From positions 1,984,001-2,048,000 of the forward strand of contig JAYWIR010000031.1 of assembly GCA_036172245.1 (NCBI GenBank): a DNA stretch of 64,000 nucleotides. Direction: 5' to 3'. The stretch comes from Raillietiella orientalis. Its lineage: Eukaryota. This document shows positions 1-13,104 of the stretch, one piece after another. How positions within the stretch are numbered: the stretch's first letter is position 1; every line of letters begins with the position of its first letter. A program made the position numbers and the translations under genes. The notes below the pieces were generated by a model that had not been told where the DNA came from, searched no databases, and worked only from the letters and a program-made list of their open reading frames with translations.

Positions 1-123
1 TGCCCCCCCCCCCGTGTCGTTGGGATTTCCCCATGTGCTGGGTATCTGTAGAATCTGTAGAAGCCATCATTCCAGGAAGGCGGAATGTTTTTCTGACCAC
101 CCCGTCTTACTGGAACGAAAGCA

Positions 124-129
124 TATAAA
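124..129 (+). promoter_or_regulatory. Possible TATA box upstream of the LMO gene
   Basis: TATAAA in gcaTATAAAgaag about 590 nt upstream of the ATG; motif only. Confidence 0.2.
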
Positions 130-716
130 GAAGAGCCGTTGAAGTCGCCTGCCGCCTTGTGAATGTTGGAAGCATCCTTAGGACAACGCTTCCTGAAACA
201 CGGCCTGCAGTTGGATGGCTCTCGCGAAGTGATCGGGTGCTGAGCAGTTGCAGCTGAGCTTCTCTCGTGATCTGGATGCTTCAGCGTAGCAGTTCTCCTA
301 GATGCTTACGTGTGCCTAACGGTTAACGGCGCCAGCAAAGCCATTCAGTTTCATCTCTTGCCGAACTGATTTAGTGACTCAAATTAGTGATCATGCGTGT
401 AATAAATCTGAGCTGTCCGTGTTCCGAAGGATGTGTCCGCACTCTAGAGCACGTGTTTTTTTTTTTTTTTTTTTTCTTTGTTTTTGTTTTCGTGGCTTCG
501 GATTGTGAAAGAACGGCACGCAACGTTCCGCTTCGCATCTCCACGTCTCGTTGTGCGATCAGTAGTACCCACGTAACTTCTTGTGCTTTCGAGGTTCCCA
601 ACGGCTTCCTCGATTCCGAGACTTCGGGCGTAGGTGGGAAGTAAAGAGATATGTTTCTTAAATGGTGTATCACACAGTTGTGAATTAAAAACTCTTTTCC
701 TTCTTTTTCCAGCTTA

Positions 717-1087
717 ATGATGATGGATGCTGGCTTTTCCGCCTACCCAGAAGTGGTGGAAGGCGATTCACCAGAAGATGTTGCGTTCCAGCGTTCCTTG
801 TTGACAAACGGACAGTACCCATCAATATCATCTGATCGATATCCAATCAGCAGACTTGGACCTTCCGCCATTGATTCTGAAACCGGCAAACGTGCAGTTT
901 TTGGACACCCACCTTCGTGTGCCGGATGTGGTGCTAAAATTGCTGATCGTTTTTTGTTGTATTCACCTCATAAATACTGGCATGAAGGCTGCCTCAAGTG
1001 CTCTTGCTGTGGAGTCCTACTTGCCCACATAGGAACTTCGTATTTCGAAAGAGCCGAAATGGTGCTGTGCCGCGCAGATTATATAAG
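717..1087 (+). CDS. LMO4: LIM-domain-only protein (LMO4-like), first coding exon containing LIM domain 1
   Basis: Translation contains CAGCGAKIADRFLLY...WHEGCLKCSCCGVLLAHIGTSYFERAEMVLCRADYIR, closely resembling LMO4 LIM1. A polypyrimidine tract and AG acceptor lie at 711-712, just before the ATG. Donor AG|gttaga at 1087/1088 (phase 2). Confidence 0.92.
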
Positions 1088-4000
1088 GTTAGACCGTCTA
1101 TCGAATTTGACACCTTGTGATGCACACGTTGATTCTCCCGTCTGCGGTACAGACGACCAGAAAGAATGGTTCAAATGGTCGCTTGAATGCTGGTCGGGTT
1201 TTTTATGTTGTTCGTAAACATCTTTATCGTAAGTTTTTTTGTTTTTCCTTTTCCTTTAAATCGGGTAAAGGAGGTGCAAGCAGAGTAGGGCTTATGAAGG
1301 TGGTGGCTGCTGATTGGATTTAGTGATTGTTTCCTTCTTTTTCCCCCACCCCCACCCCCCACCCCCTTTTTTTTAGGGGGGGGGGGAAACGGTGCATGTG
1401 TGAGCACGGAAAGTGTCGTGGATTTTATATAGGTTTGTGTGTTCATCTTATGATTCGGTAGGATGGAAAACTTCCCAGTGTGCCGTTTTGATTGTGACGA
1501 ATCTGGGTGTTTTTTGTCCGAACACACTACTATTCTCAGCCAGCTGCTGCCAAAAGGTAATTCTCATGGTCAGATCCAAATCTCCCAGAGACGGGAAACA
1601 GTAAAGCGTTTTGCGTGTAATTTGTCTTGAAAATCCGTCTCGGAAAAAAAGAAAGAAAGAGAGCAAGGAAAAGCAGCTCCTTCGCCCCCTTCTGTCCCCC
1701 ATCACGGGGGACGGTGGTGTTCGTTCTTCGGGTGCTGCTTAAGCAGTTTTAATGAAATTGTGGAAGTTGGTGCGGACGCACCTACTGCTGATGCACCATG
1801 TTAATGTAAATGGCAAATCGGAATAGGTTGATGGCAGTTTATGGTCAGTAAGTAAGTTACTTCGATCTGTTTGGAGCACATGATCTATTGATGATTTTTG
1901 TGATGGATTTCGCGTATGCAGAATGGATCTCGGGGGGGAAATATTTGCTTGAATCCAATATTGAATCTGCAGTTTCATCTTGATCGCGAGTGGCAATTCC
2001 ATTTCATCCTCAAATGCAGTACCAAGGGATTCGCGAGTAGCGTGTCGAAAAGAACGATGCAGCTCCCGAAACCCATGTAATCAAAAGCTTCCGCGTTGTT
2101 TTTCTTGCGTTTTATTGTCACACTGAGACTTCTTGTACATATTTCAGCGCCAACTTTTTTTTTTTTTTCCTGCGAGAGAGAGAGAGAGAGAGAGCTACAC
2201 ATGTACTTGCCGAGCAGTTCTCATTCCATCCCCATCGAACTCTTTCCCAGGGTCCCGCGTTCGGACCCTCAGCATCTGCCTTTTCTTTTCCTCTTCTTCG
2301 TCTTCCTTTTGCCTCGGAGCGAGCTCCGAGCAAGCTTATTTGATGCGACATGTGGATCATCATTTTCCATATCACGCATCTCGCGTGATTTCCTCTCCTC
2401 CACGCCTTTCCATTGCTGCGTTTTCCATTCTGTTCAGCCAGCGCTTTCTGTTCAACCGTTCGCACCAGCAACTGCAGCCAGTTTGATGCTGCGAGGATGC
2501 TCGTCAAAAGAGCAATTGCGAAAAGGAAAGAAGGAAAAAAAAAAAAAAATCACGTTCCCATGCAGCAGTGCCGAGTGATTCCCGCGATGTCCTGACGTGG
2601 GGCGAAGCGATGCACGCGGTCCTCGTGCCACACATTCCCTCCTTCGGGAAAGCGCGTTTCATCCCATTTTCTCATTTTTGCATCTGCGTTTTCACTACTG
2701 CTCTTAGCACACGACCAACTTATTGGTTTTTGTTTTGATTCAAGGTTTGAATCTCCCCCCCCCCCCTCCCTCCCTCCCTCTTTCTGTACAAGTTTATTTG
2801 TATTCCATTGTTTTTGTTTCCGTACTCGTATAGCAATCTCAGCAGGCATTTCTTCAGCATCTGACATTTATTTTCCGATTTTTTTTTTTCTTCCTTTGAA
2901 CGCATCTCACCTTACTCTTCTGTGACTAATGAGCGTTATTTCTTACCCATGCCTTAATTATCGCGCACGTCATTTTGAGATGTAAATTATCGTTAACGAG
3001 CGAAAATCTCTCTCTGTGCAAAATTTAATTGCGTCAAATCCCAAAGTTTATGATAAAAAGGACCTTTTAGATAAACTGGTGCGTTTATTTGGAGGAGGGC
3101 GGTTTACAGTTAACGATCATGGAATTAAAAAGTGAAAGGTTTCTTCTTCTTCTTCGGACAGGCTTAGATGATACTCGTTTGCAACTGGTGTAGGGTAGTA
3201 ATTTCAAAGTATTAATACCACGATTGAAAGCTGGAATTCGCCTTCATCCTCCCGGATTCGTGTTTTCTCTTTCCGGTGGACCTTAGCTGCACCGAGGTAA
3301 CCGTTTCAAACGCCAAATTTTGCTCAGTTGCAGTGTGCCTAACTTACATGTTTTTTTTTTTATACTGTTCTTCACTTTTCCTTTGCTGCCTATCGAACCC
3401 GGAACACAACTGCTTAAGCAGCATGCTGAATGGCTTGTGGCTCCTGGGTTGTTCCATAGTGTTCATGATAGTAAGTTGCACAATGCTGGAGGAATCTGTA
3501 GCTTATCCACATAAGCACGGACCGTAAAGATGTGCTTTTTCCACATCATCCATGCTTGTTAGTGCTCGTTTTCTGAGATGCGGCAATCTGTATTCTTACA
3601 TATGCTGCGAAAGTGAATTTAAAAAAAAAAAAAAAATTTTTTTTTTTCAATGAGGAGTTGGTTAACACAGGACAGGAACGTTCAGTTGATCCAGCAGCAG
3701 CAGAGTGATTTTCTTTGAGAATCGTTGTCTCTTCTGTGGGGTCTGAGCAGTGTTCTCATAGTTTGTTCTTCCTGTGAACACGTTTACCGTGCAGTAGGAA
3801 CGGAGTGTTCTTGTTTTGTTTTGTTTTTTCACACCCAAACCATCGAGAGGCTTCAAAATGGACGATAAACAACAGCATTTCTTTCTGGTGGCCGCCGCTT
3901 TTACATGTTTTTATGTGCTGCATGTGTGTGTGTGTGTGTTTGAATTCTGTTTATCTTCCCATTACGAATTCAGTTGGGGTTTAATTGGAGGGAATGACCG

Positions 4001-7000
4001 ATGCATGTGGCAGAGTAAACATCAAAAGTTCCTTGGAATCTCATCTTGGAATTCCTTCATCAGAAAAGAAAGAAAGAAAAAGAAAAACAAAACACAATAA
4101 GGCCGATGAAACAAGGAGAGTGCCCACGGTAGCAAACAGCGAGCTTCAAGGATTCTGTCTATTGACTTGTCACAGGATAATTTTTTACTTCCGATTGCCT
4201 TCCAAGAGAAATTCGAAAAGTCTGAATCTGATTCGTGGCTTCATGTGCTTGTTTGTTTCCTTCGGCACATTGCAGTGTCTGCAACCATGGAGAGTGTATA
4301 AAACCCCTCGTACCATTTATCAGAAGTCTGCCTACTTCGGAGACCCAAGAAATCTGCTGCTTTGCTGGAATTCGATTCCTTCTTGAGATTGCATGATTAG
4401 CCGAATCTGGAAGCACATGGTTTTTGCTATGACGGGTTGCACCATAGCAGGTAATAAACTCCATAGCCGCCTTACAGCCATAAGTGGTTGTTTTTTGGAG
4501 TCCCGAGGTCTTAGCCAAAAGCGCAGTAGCTCCACGAATTTAACATTGCTACGTTGAATTCGTAAAACTAGCCAGCTTCTAGTACCGGAAGAATTCTGCT
4601 CTTCAAGAAAACAGCAGGGACTGCTTCCGTTTAGGATAGCAGCCGCGTGTGGCAAAAGGGGAACGACGGTGCGGTAGTCCTTTCATTCGGGCTGCTAAAC
4701 GTTAGATAGATCGTCAGAATGAATTTCCAGGAAAAGAGTACTTTTCCGAAAAGGGAAAGTAGTATCGAATTATATACTCCTCATTTGGGAAGCTCAAGTT
4801 GAGTTACATCTCGCTTTTTTCTTTCATCACAGTGTTGGTCCTCTCTTGTTGTCTGCTGAAATTTCAGCGAGCACAGAAATTCGAGTTCATCTTCGCGCAC
4901 GGATTTCTACGTGTTTATGTCTTCGGTTGTGAAAGGAAAAAAAAAGTTTTAAGCCGCGTGCGTCCTTCATAGCAGTACTTTTTTGATGGAAAGCCAGCGA
5001 AAGTTCAGATGAAACTGTGCGTGACTGCTTCTATGTACCATTTGCTTTTTGTTTGCTGTCCAGACATCACCGGTGCCACCGTAGTTTTTTTTTTCCTTAA
5101 ATGATCCACAATGAACTCTTGAGACAGAAAGCTCTCGTAAATTCAGTTTTGTTTTAATTTGTTTTTTATGGCACAAAACCCGAGGACAGTCTTTAACGTA
5201 CGTGGTTTCCATATTTTGCTAGTTCTTTTTCCCCGAGTGACACCGTTTGTCTGACAACAAACTCATGGAGACAATAAGCAAAGGACAAAGTTGAAAGGAA
5301 TAAAAACTTTTTTTTTTTTTTAATTTCTTGCGACCGAAGACAGTGCCCTTCCCAGCATCAGCCGTTTAAACTAGTATTTAGGGAAACCTGTGCCCAAAGA
5401 GCCCAAGTGCTATGAAATGTGCTCCCACCGACAAATCGCCTGGAATCTTCTTCATTCCCTGCATCGTTGACTGATTACATTGTAGTACGTGACTGAACTT
5501 AGTTGGAGAGTCTGCCTCTGTACCTATGCTTCGAAACTGGATGTGAGGTGTTGCCTTTTTTGAGGAGGAATCATAGCCCTTATCCTCACGAATTGGCTAA
5601 GATGATTTCAAGAAAATGATTTCGAGTTGGACGTTGCGCTGTTATCCATCCGCCAAATGCTTTCATCGGACCATGCAAGAAAGGTTCGAACCGATTCAGG
5701 TGCCATTCGTGTTCCGTTACTGCCTCAACGTGCCCATTACCGGACGTTATTCCTGCCTTCATTCTGTAGATAAACCGGGCATCCTTATTCAGTGCAGTGC
5801 GGAACGGGAAAAAAATCATTTTATTGACACACAGTGACAAGACCTTCTTCTTTTGCCTAGAGGGACACGAATCTCTCACGTACTCGAGTGCCGTTGCGCT
5901 GCTCGTGTCGTGTGGAAGACGATCTTCACCGCGCGGTTCTGGGAACGTTTCTGACGAGTGAGTGTTCCAGGATTTTTCTCATTTGGCGGCAGAGCCTTTA
6001 CATTTAAAGTGTTAAAACTTCAGCTGCTTTCCTGGTAGGGAGGTTGCTCAAAGAGAAGTGAATTGGAAAATTACTCGGAACTTTGAGCTCGTCTTTGGGG
6101 GATATTAAGTACGCTTGATATTGCTAATGGCAGTGTGTCCATTCTTCTTGCGGAAGGCAGAGGCAGTATACGTCAACCTCTTCGTCTCGTGGTTCAATCG
6201 AAACGCAAGGTAAACGTAAAGTCGTCGTAATCATTTCTTCAGATCATAAGACGCGACAGCATAAAGCCGTGGTATCTTTTGATCTGTAACGTGGGATGCA
6301 ATTATCCGCATTATTAATAAGCGCATGACCAGATGATAATTTGTAAACAGTGTGTACCAGAAGTCCCATCCCCTTTTCTCAAGGCAGAGATGCGAGTGAA
6401 CGATAACCGCATCGTTTGTCTTGTCACTTGTTCTTGTCTGCTACATTTTGGTATTGTTCGAAAGTTCTGCTGATGGAAGTCAGAGCTCAGAAATGACTCA
6501 GATTACCGTTTCATTCTACAGACGGTTGTCTAGAATTCTTAATGAACCCGGCAGCCTCCAATGCCATTGGTTGCTGCCCTCTTGCAAGCACAAAGTCCAT
6601 GGTTGCATGAGCATTTTTCGCACGCTGCCTCGAAAACATAGCAGAATGTAAACAAAAGAGTTAACGGACCTGTTTGGAAATTATGTTTTTGGAATTCCCA
6701 GATGTTTCCCGGGAGTACGTAATAAATAAACAAAATTGGATAAAGAGGATAATTGCATTAATATTTAGTAAATGAAATAAAATTATGACTCCAACGAATT
6801 TTGTTTTTTGTTTTTCGTGTGTGTATGTGTGTGTGTGTGAACATTGAGTTGTATTTTTTTCTTTTGCTAATATTTATTTTTTAGGGCTCTTTGTTTCTTC
6901 TTCTTCGCTTTAGAAAGGCATTCTTGAATTACTTCGGCTATTGTGTTATTAAGTTTTGCTAGACAACTTCGAGGTGTATGTCAAATATTGAGATCCAGGT

Positions 7001-10000
7001 ACCGAGTTGCATATGGGAAAAAATATTTTCCCTCAGACGAATTTCGGAAACTAAGAGCACCCTTAAGGTGAAAGGAGGGTGAAAGATGTGGTTCTTGACA
7101 GAGAATGTAGAGATAGACAAAGTACTCGTAACAAGGAAAAAAAAAAAATGTTTCGATTCCACGAAAGCAAGTAGAAGCCACAGCAGGTAGAGTATGCCAA
7201 CGAATGTAAAAAAAAAAAAAAAATGCATCCCGTAAATCAGAACTCCAAAGAAATAACTGCACTTTAAGATTCAAGTGTTCTCGTTTGCCATTACGAGAAA
7301 TCCACATTAACAAGACAAAATCAGGGTAGTAGCGGAAGAAGCACGTAGAAGAGTCGGTAAGAAAGGGAAAGGAAAAAGAAAAAAAAAAAAATTTTTGCTG
7401 ACTTTTGTGACAAACTGCATAGTCACTTTGTTTCCGGGTATCCAATGCAAATTTCAAGGCATTCATTTGAAAGTGAGTTAATGTGCCGAGTCTTTCTTAT
7501 GTGGACACGCGCAGGAATCTGTCCTGCGAGCATGCATTCATTAGAAGAGCAGCAAATCGTCGCCACTGGTTTCGAATAAGTTCTCCCGCACTGCAGTTGA
7601 CGTTTAAACTATGCGTTATTGGTGCAAGTCGTCACAAAGTTCGTTGAAAACTCTTGACCTGAGAAAGGATAACGAAAGACGGAACATCAAAGCGCATAGC
7701 TCATCCTAAGACCACAGTGCGGTTTTCCGGAACGTTCTGTCACTTGTTCTGTGGCTCTGAAAGATCAAGGGCAGTTCTTGTCGCTTTTTGCAAGTGCGTT
7801 TGCGTTTCTGATCCATCATTGTGCAGGTTGAGAGAATGTCTTCCGCTGCATCCAGGTGCCCGTATGCATTCGCGCGCCCAGTCTTCCATCGCTGCGGTCA
7901 CCTCTGTGCTTTCCGCTCCCTTCTGGTTTGCTTTCCTTTCCAGTAATGGCGAATATGTGAAATTTTCCAAACTTGCTTCAGAGCCAGCATTTTTGTTTTC
8001 CCCGACAAATTAGCTATAGATTGAAAGTGAAGTGAGTTGGCCTTCAGTTATGGCAGTTCGGTGGGTTACGAAGTGTTGGTAAAGAAAGAAGTGTGAAGTT
8101 TCTAGAGGATCAAGTGGAGAGAACAGAAGCTGGGTATTCTTAGTGAGTGGTGATGGAATTGGCTGTGAGGCTGAGTTCTTAAGCAAGTGAAAATGAGAAA
8201 GCATGTTGTTATTAGCACTGGAAGAGTTTTGGTAGCTGCGTATCTGGAATGCGGTGGAACGGAGAGGATGGATAATGAAGAGGACAAGAGGATGACAAGA
8301 GAATTTGATGGAGCAGTGGTTCTGTCGGGTGCGATGGAAGCGGCCAGCTCCCTACGAACTGAGTCGTATTCTCATCCTACAGAGCAGATCACAGCAGAGG
8401 AAGTGAATTTTTCGGACACGTAGCCTGAAATTTATCTCCCGTCGGTTTTCGTTCTAGTCTTAGGTTTGAGAAATAGGTGCCTTCTAGTCCACTTTCCTGG
8501 GAGGGGAGGCTCTCGATTTCTGGGATGGGAATTATGAATTCCTAAGTTCTCACGCTAGTCATTGTGGATGCAGCCTGCATTCGTTTTAGGTTTCTGCGAC
8601 CTTGTATTTGCCCACCGTGGACAGTTCGTTCTTTGAAAGACCGAGGAAACACTCATCGTCTGAGGTCCTTCATCCCCCTTCTGTACAGCCGTTTCTTTTT
8701 TGTTTATTTTGTTTTTTTCTTACGATCCATGTACATTAATCGAACTCGTTTGGGCGTTTTTCGAATGTGTGAATTTTTGTGAAAACACACACTCGCAAAT
8801 GTACCTCCGTGTACAAGTCAAAAGAACTCGGACAAGAAGTTCTTAAGGTCTAGAGATGATAAATGAAAGAGAAAACTGCCAGTCAAATTTTCGAAAGGTG
8901 ATGAAAAGAATGACGATGTTTTTTTTTAAAAAAAAAAAAAAACGGGAGCGCAGTTTTTTTTTCCCCCCTTCAAATTCCTCGTTTTTTCTTCCTTCCTTCC
9001 TTTCTTTTTTTGCTCGTTTCTTATGCAAGAGTCATTGGAGCCTCAAAAAAGGAAAAAGTGTATTTATGCTTGTAACTATTTGTGAAAATGGCGCCAAAGA
9101 TTCTCCTGCGCCAACTCTTTCCTGCAAGTCGTCAATTACTTGAAAGTGTATTGTGCGCTCACTTCCTAGGGGGGATAGTAGGGAGAGCGAAGTATTTCAA
9201 ACGATCTCTCCGTGCTCCCCACCACATACCTGTGCAACCGTGATCGTGTAAAATATGCACGGCATCTTTCTGCGTTACCACATGCACCTCCATAGAAAGG
9301 TTTACCCGGGAAAAAAAAAAAAAAAAAATCTCCACAAGGTCACAATCAGCATGTTGTGTGCATTTCTTTGAAACAAAGATTCGAAAACCTCCGTGTCTTT
9401 GAAGTTCGGTCGTTGAAGGATTCTCTTCGATAATCTTCGGGAGCGGATGACGAATGGGTGCAATCTGCGGGGTGTCACGTGTCATTTTCTCCCGTTTTAA
9501 ACCTTTTCTTCCCGCTGGAAACGAACTTTTTTGCTTATTGGGAGAATTACCGGTGAAGGGGGGCCCGCTTTCGATGCGACGGTAAGCAAATGAGGGTAAA
9601 CCAAACCGATGGGTTGCTCCTGCCAAAAACTGATCGTGGCTCTCCTCAAGGTGGCTCGCAGGAATCCCCAACTCCATTGCCGGGAGCATGGAAATTGAAT
9701 TGCTTGTCGTCGTGAAGAAAAATGTTACAAGCAATGAGTAATCCAGGCCAGCCGATCTTGTTTCAGGTGGAAATTCTCATCTAATCCCTGTTTATTAGCA
9801 GAGGAGGCGAGAGAAAGCCTTCTCAGAACCCCATTACGTTGGTCGAGTTTACTTTCCTCGACTTGAAGTGAACGCGCGCAACGAAGTGACCACTCTTGCG
9901 GTTTTTTTCACGAGAGATCGTAGTTCTAAATCTCCTCCTTGAGGTATCGTTACTCACTGCTTTTGTTTACAGCTTATAGAGAAAGCAAAGCTGGAATGGT

Positions 10001-12827
10001 TTAGGTAGGCAGGTGGAAATCCGTTCTTTGCTTTTTCTGCAATTTTCGTGCATGTTTATCTTCACCTTTTTTGTGTAGATACAGTTGCGGAACCGTAAGC
10101 GGGAAAGAACATGATCTTCCCGAGATCTCTCTCTCTCTTCCAGGCACCTCATTCCCTCAGCCTTCTTTCCGACAGATTCCATTCTCGTGTTCAGCTTCCT
10201 CTACCCTGCGATATGTAATAGCTCATTGCTTGTTCCTCTCCTTCTAATTCTCTTTGGTATGTTATCGTAGGTTCTGGAATGTGGGCATCGAATCACCCGT
10301 TCAGGTTCTCGGATGGTTCATTAGAAGATGTTTTTATGGCTTCATTTTTGAGCATCATTAGTCATACCCTTTCTATAAAAACTCAATAAAGCTAAGCGAA
10401 ATGTCGGCTCGTGAGTGCCATGTAAAAAAAGCACGTAAGTGAAACGTCTTCCTGCGTTGGGCGGCATCGTTCCTGCGTATTTCTTCACGTTATTACACAG
10501 TGATCTCGTTGGCTTTGAAGAGCGTCGATTTCGTTTTAATCAGCCTTGGAATTTTCGAAATAGGTTTGCCGGGATTCTCTTGGCCTGCTAATGCTGGCAA
10601 GTGCCTGCAGAAGAAGGAAAAAAAAAAAAAAAGGAAAGAAAGAAAGAAGAAAACGAGAAGAATGTTCCTCCAACCTTTTTCGCGGGTGTTTTCAGATGTG
10701 GTGCGGCTTAATGGATTTGCATGGAGAAGAACGTCTTGGTCGAGAGTATCCGTGCTGCCGCATGAATTTGAGGTCACGTTATAAAATCAAAAGTCGATTT
10801 GCACAACGCGGAAATCGGGGACTGAAAACCGAAAATTGCTTTCGTAAGGTTGCCGATAAATCGGCAAAATCAAAACGCCTCGCAGCGCACGTGCTTCACG
10901 TGGAAATAAACAAAATCAAGTGTAATGAAAACTCCAATGGCATACTTCGTGTGTGTATGTTTCCCGTGTGCTGATTTGAAATCCTTGAAATGAGCGTGGG
11001 TGTGTGTATACAGAAATGTGGTGTGGATGTATGCGATGTCCATTTTCGCGAGGCGTTTCCGCCGCCGCCCTCCCCCCCCCCATTCCTTTAATCGTGGGCA
11101 GCTCTGATGTGAATCCCACATTCCAGCAAGAAGTTACTGCTGTGTGACCATTGGTTATTCTTCTTGCAGGTCTCCCGGTTTTATTTGTTTATCTATCTTG
11201 ATCGTTAGTTTGTATCCATTTTTACCATCGAGCGATTCGATCTCCGGAGCATCAAAAAAAAAAAAAAAAATGATCACACACAAAGTCTGTGTTTCGAATG
11301 ATAGAAACCGAGTAACACGCACGTTACGAGGTCTTCTATCCTTAAATCGTTTACAGAGCTTTTCAGCTGCTAAAAAATTTTTCGGTAATGGCTGCTTGTG
11401 TGCGGGTGTTGGTTTGTGCTCAGACAAAGAGAAATCTGACCTCTCCACGGTCGACCCTTACTTGAATCCAAAAGGAATGCTGCGTTTGTGCTCATAATGG
11501 TCGGGTAATAGCGAACACATACGTCACTTCCGCACATAACTGCATGTGAGGAAACCTCGAACCGCATTTTCAGGTTGTTGTCAGCTCCATCTTGCTTTTT
11601 TTGACTCAATTTTTTTCTTCCTTTTTTTTCTTCCATCCAAAAGGCTGTCTCGCGATGTGCAGTCGGAGGCAGAGTTGAAGAATGGCGCTGCCAAGCTGGC
11701 GCCCTGGCGCTTTGTTCAGCTTTGGATTTCGCGGGAGCCTCCAGGTGTTCGTAATACCTGCATGCTATCATGCAACCTTCCTCCTCCTCCTCATCGAATT
11801 TAGAATTCCTTGCGATTTTTTTCTTCTTCTTCCTTTCTTCTTTCTTCAAATACATCGAAACGTTCTACTGGATTGCCCCCGAGTTGCCGCTCAGACGTGG
11901 TGCGTGCTACGGAAAAAGAAAAGAAAAATAGCCATCTACAAACAAATGGAGTGTTCCTGGTCTTTCACTCTCCCAACAGCAAATGGGTTTAATTCGGGAT
12001 GAATAAGCCGACCTCGTGCCGTTTAAGCTGCATTTCGGAGCGAGAAAAAGGAAAAAACCCTTTCCGAACCAAAACCCTGTTTTCTGAGCTTTGTGCGTTC
12101 GCTTCTCCTTCTCACGTCGTCGAGGTGCTACCTGTATTACTTAAAATTCATATTTATCTACAATTTTTTTTTTTTTTAAATTACATATCAGCATTTTCTT
12201 TCGCGCTTCGTCTGTTAAGCGGTCACGGTGCGACATACAGGAACTGCCGTAAAGCATTTGAAGTACCACCGCTAGAGAGAGAGGAAAGATGAAGATCCTT
12301 ATCACCCATGTTCAAGTCCTTCCTGCAAGTTTGTTGCTGAGAATCATTTGACGTTGGATTTTTTTTCGACCTTGCTGCAATACTCTGCAAGCAAATCGTG
12401 CAAGGTTCAAGTTTAGTGCCGTTTTTTTTTTTTTTTTTTTTTTCCAGGCGCCTGAATGATGCGATAGAGGGCATTAGGTAGCATGACGCTCATAGAATGT
12501 GGTCGTAGAACTTTGATGTCTTCTACCGGTGTTGTTTTTGTTTACCAGTTTTAAACCGTGATCAAAAAAAAAGCAAAGTATTCGATTTTTTTTCTGTTTT
12601 CCTATTGCGCCATCTATTTTCAAGACGACGTACTAAAAACGAGGCTGCTTGAAGAATCAGCGTTGGTTTTGGGTCTTCTTACCACTCTTTGTTTTGCATA
12701 ATGTACCGCATTCTTTACACGAACGCAATTGCAAAACAAGAACGCTTGTGGTAGTACCGGTGGTTGATTTTTCAAAACAAGAAATCGTAATTTCTGGGCA
12801 TTTACATTCATACGCATCTCATTCCAG
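1088..12827 (+). other. 11,740-nt GT-AG intron of the LMO gene
   Basis: GT at 1088 and CAG ending 12827. The frame is restored and the two LIM domains join with LMO-typical spacing. I saw no intervening coding exon. Confidence 0.88.
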
Positions 12828-13104
12828 GATCTTTGCAACTGGTCGTGAGTGTGGTAGATGTGGACAAGTCATTCCTCCCAAAGAATACGTGCTCAGATCT
12901 GGTTTGGGACAGGCTTACCATCTCAAGTGTTTCATGTGCTCGTGGTGTGATCTGTTACTCGAGCCCGGGGACCGTTACAAAGTTGTGAACAATAGTATCA
13001 TGTGTGCCAGGCACTTCATGAAGATGGCTCAAGCTTTAGGAAAAAGCAGTGAAAAGTACAACAAGAAAGGCAGAGTGGGTCGACCGAAGAAGACAAGAGA
13101 GTGA
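12828..13104 (+). CDS. LMO4: LMO4-like protein, last coding exon containing LIM domain 2 and a basic C-terminal tail (spliced product 215 aa)
   Basis: Acceptor attccag|G at 12827/12828 completes the split Arg codon (AG+G). The join reads DYIR-IFATGRECGRCGQVIPPKEYVLRSGLGQAYHLKCFMCSWCDLLLEPGDRYKVVNNSIMCARH. TGA at 13102-13104. Confidence 0.92.

Noticed and set aside
1088..1217. C-terminal part of track ORF 717..1217
   Set aside because: Read-through into the intron; LMO similarity stops exactly at the GT donor.
12649..12827. N-terminal part of track ORF 12649..13104
   Set aside because: Intronic sequence upstream of the acceptor, with no LIM similarity.
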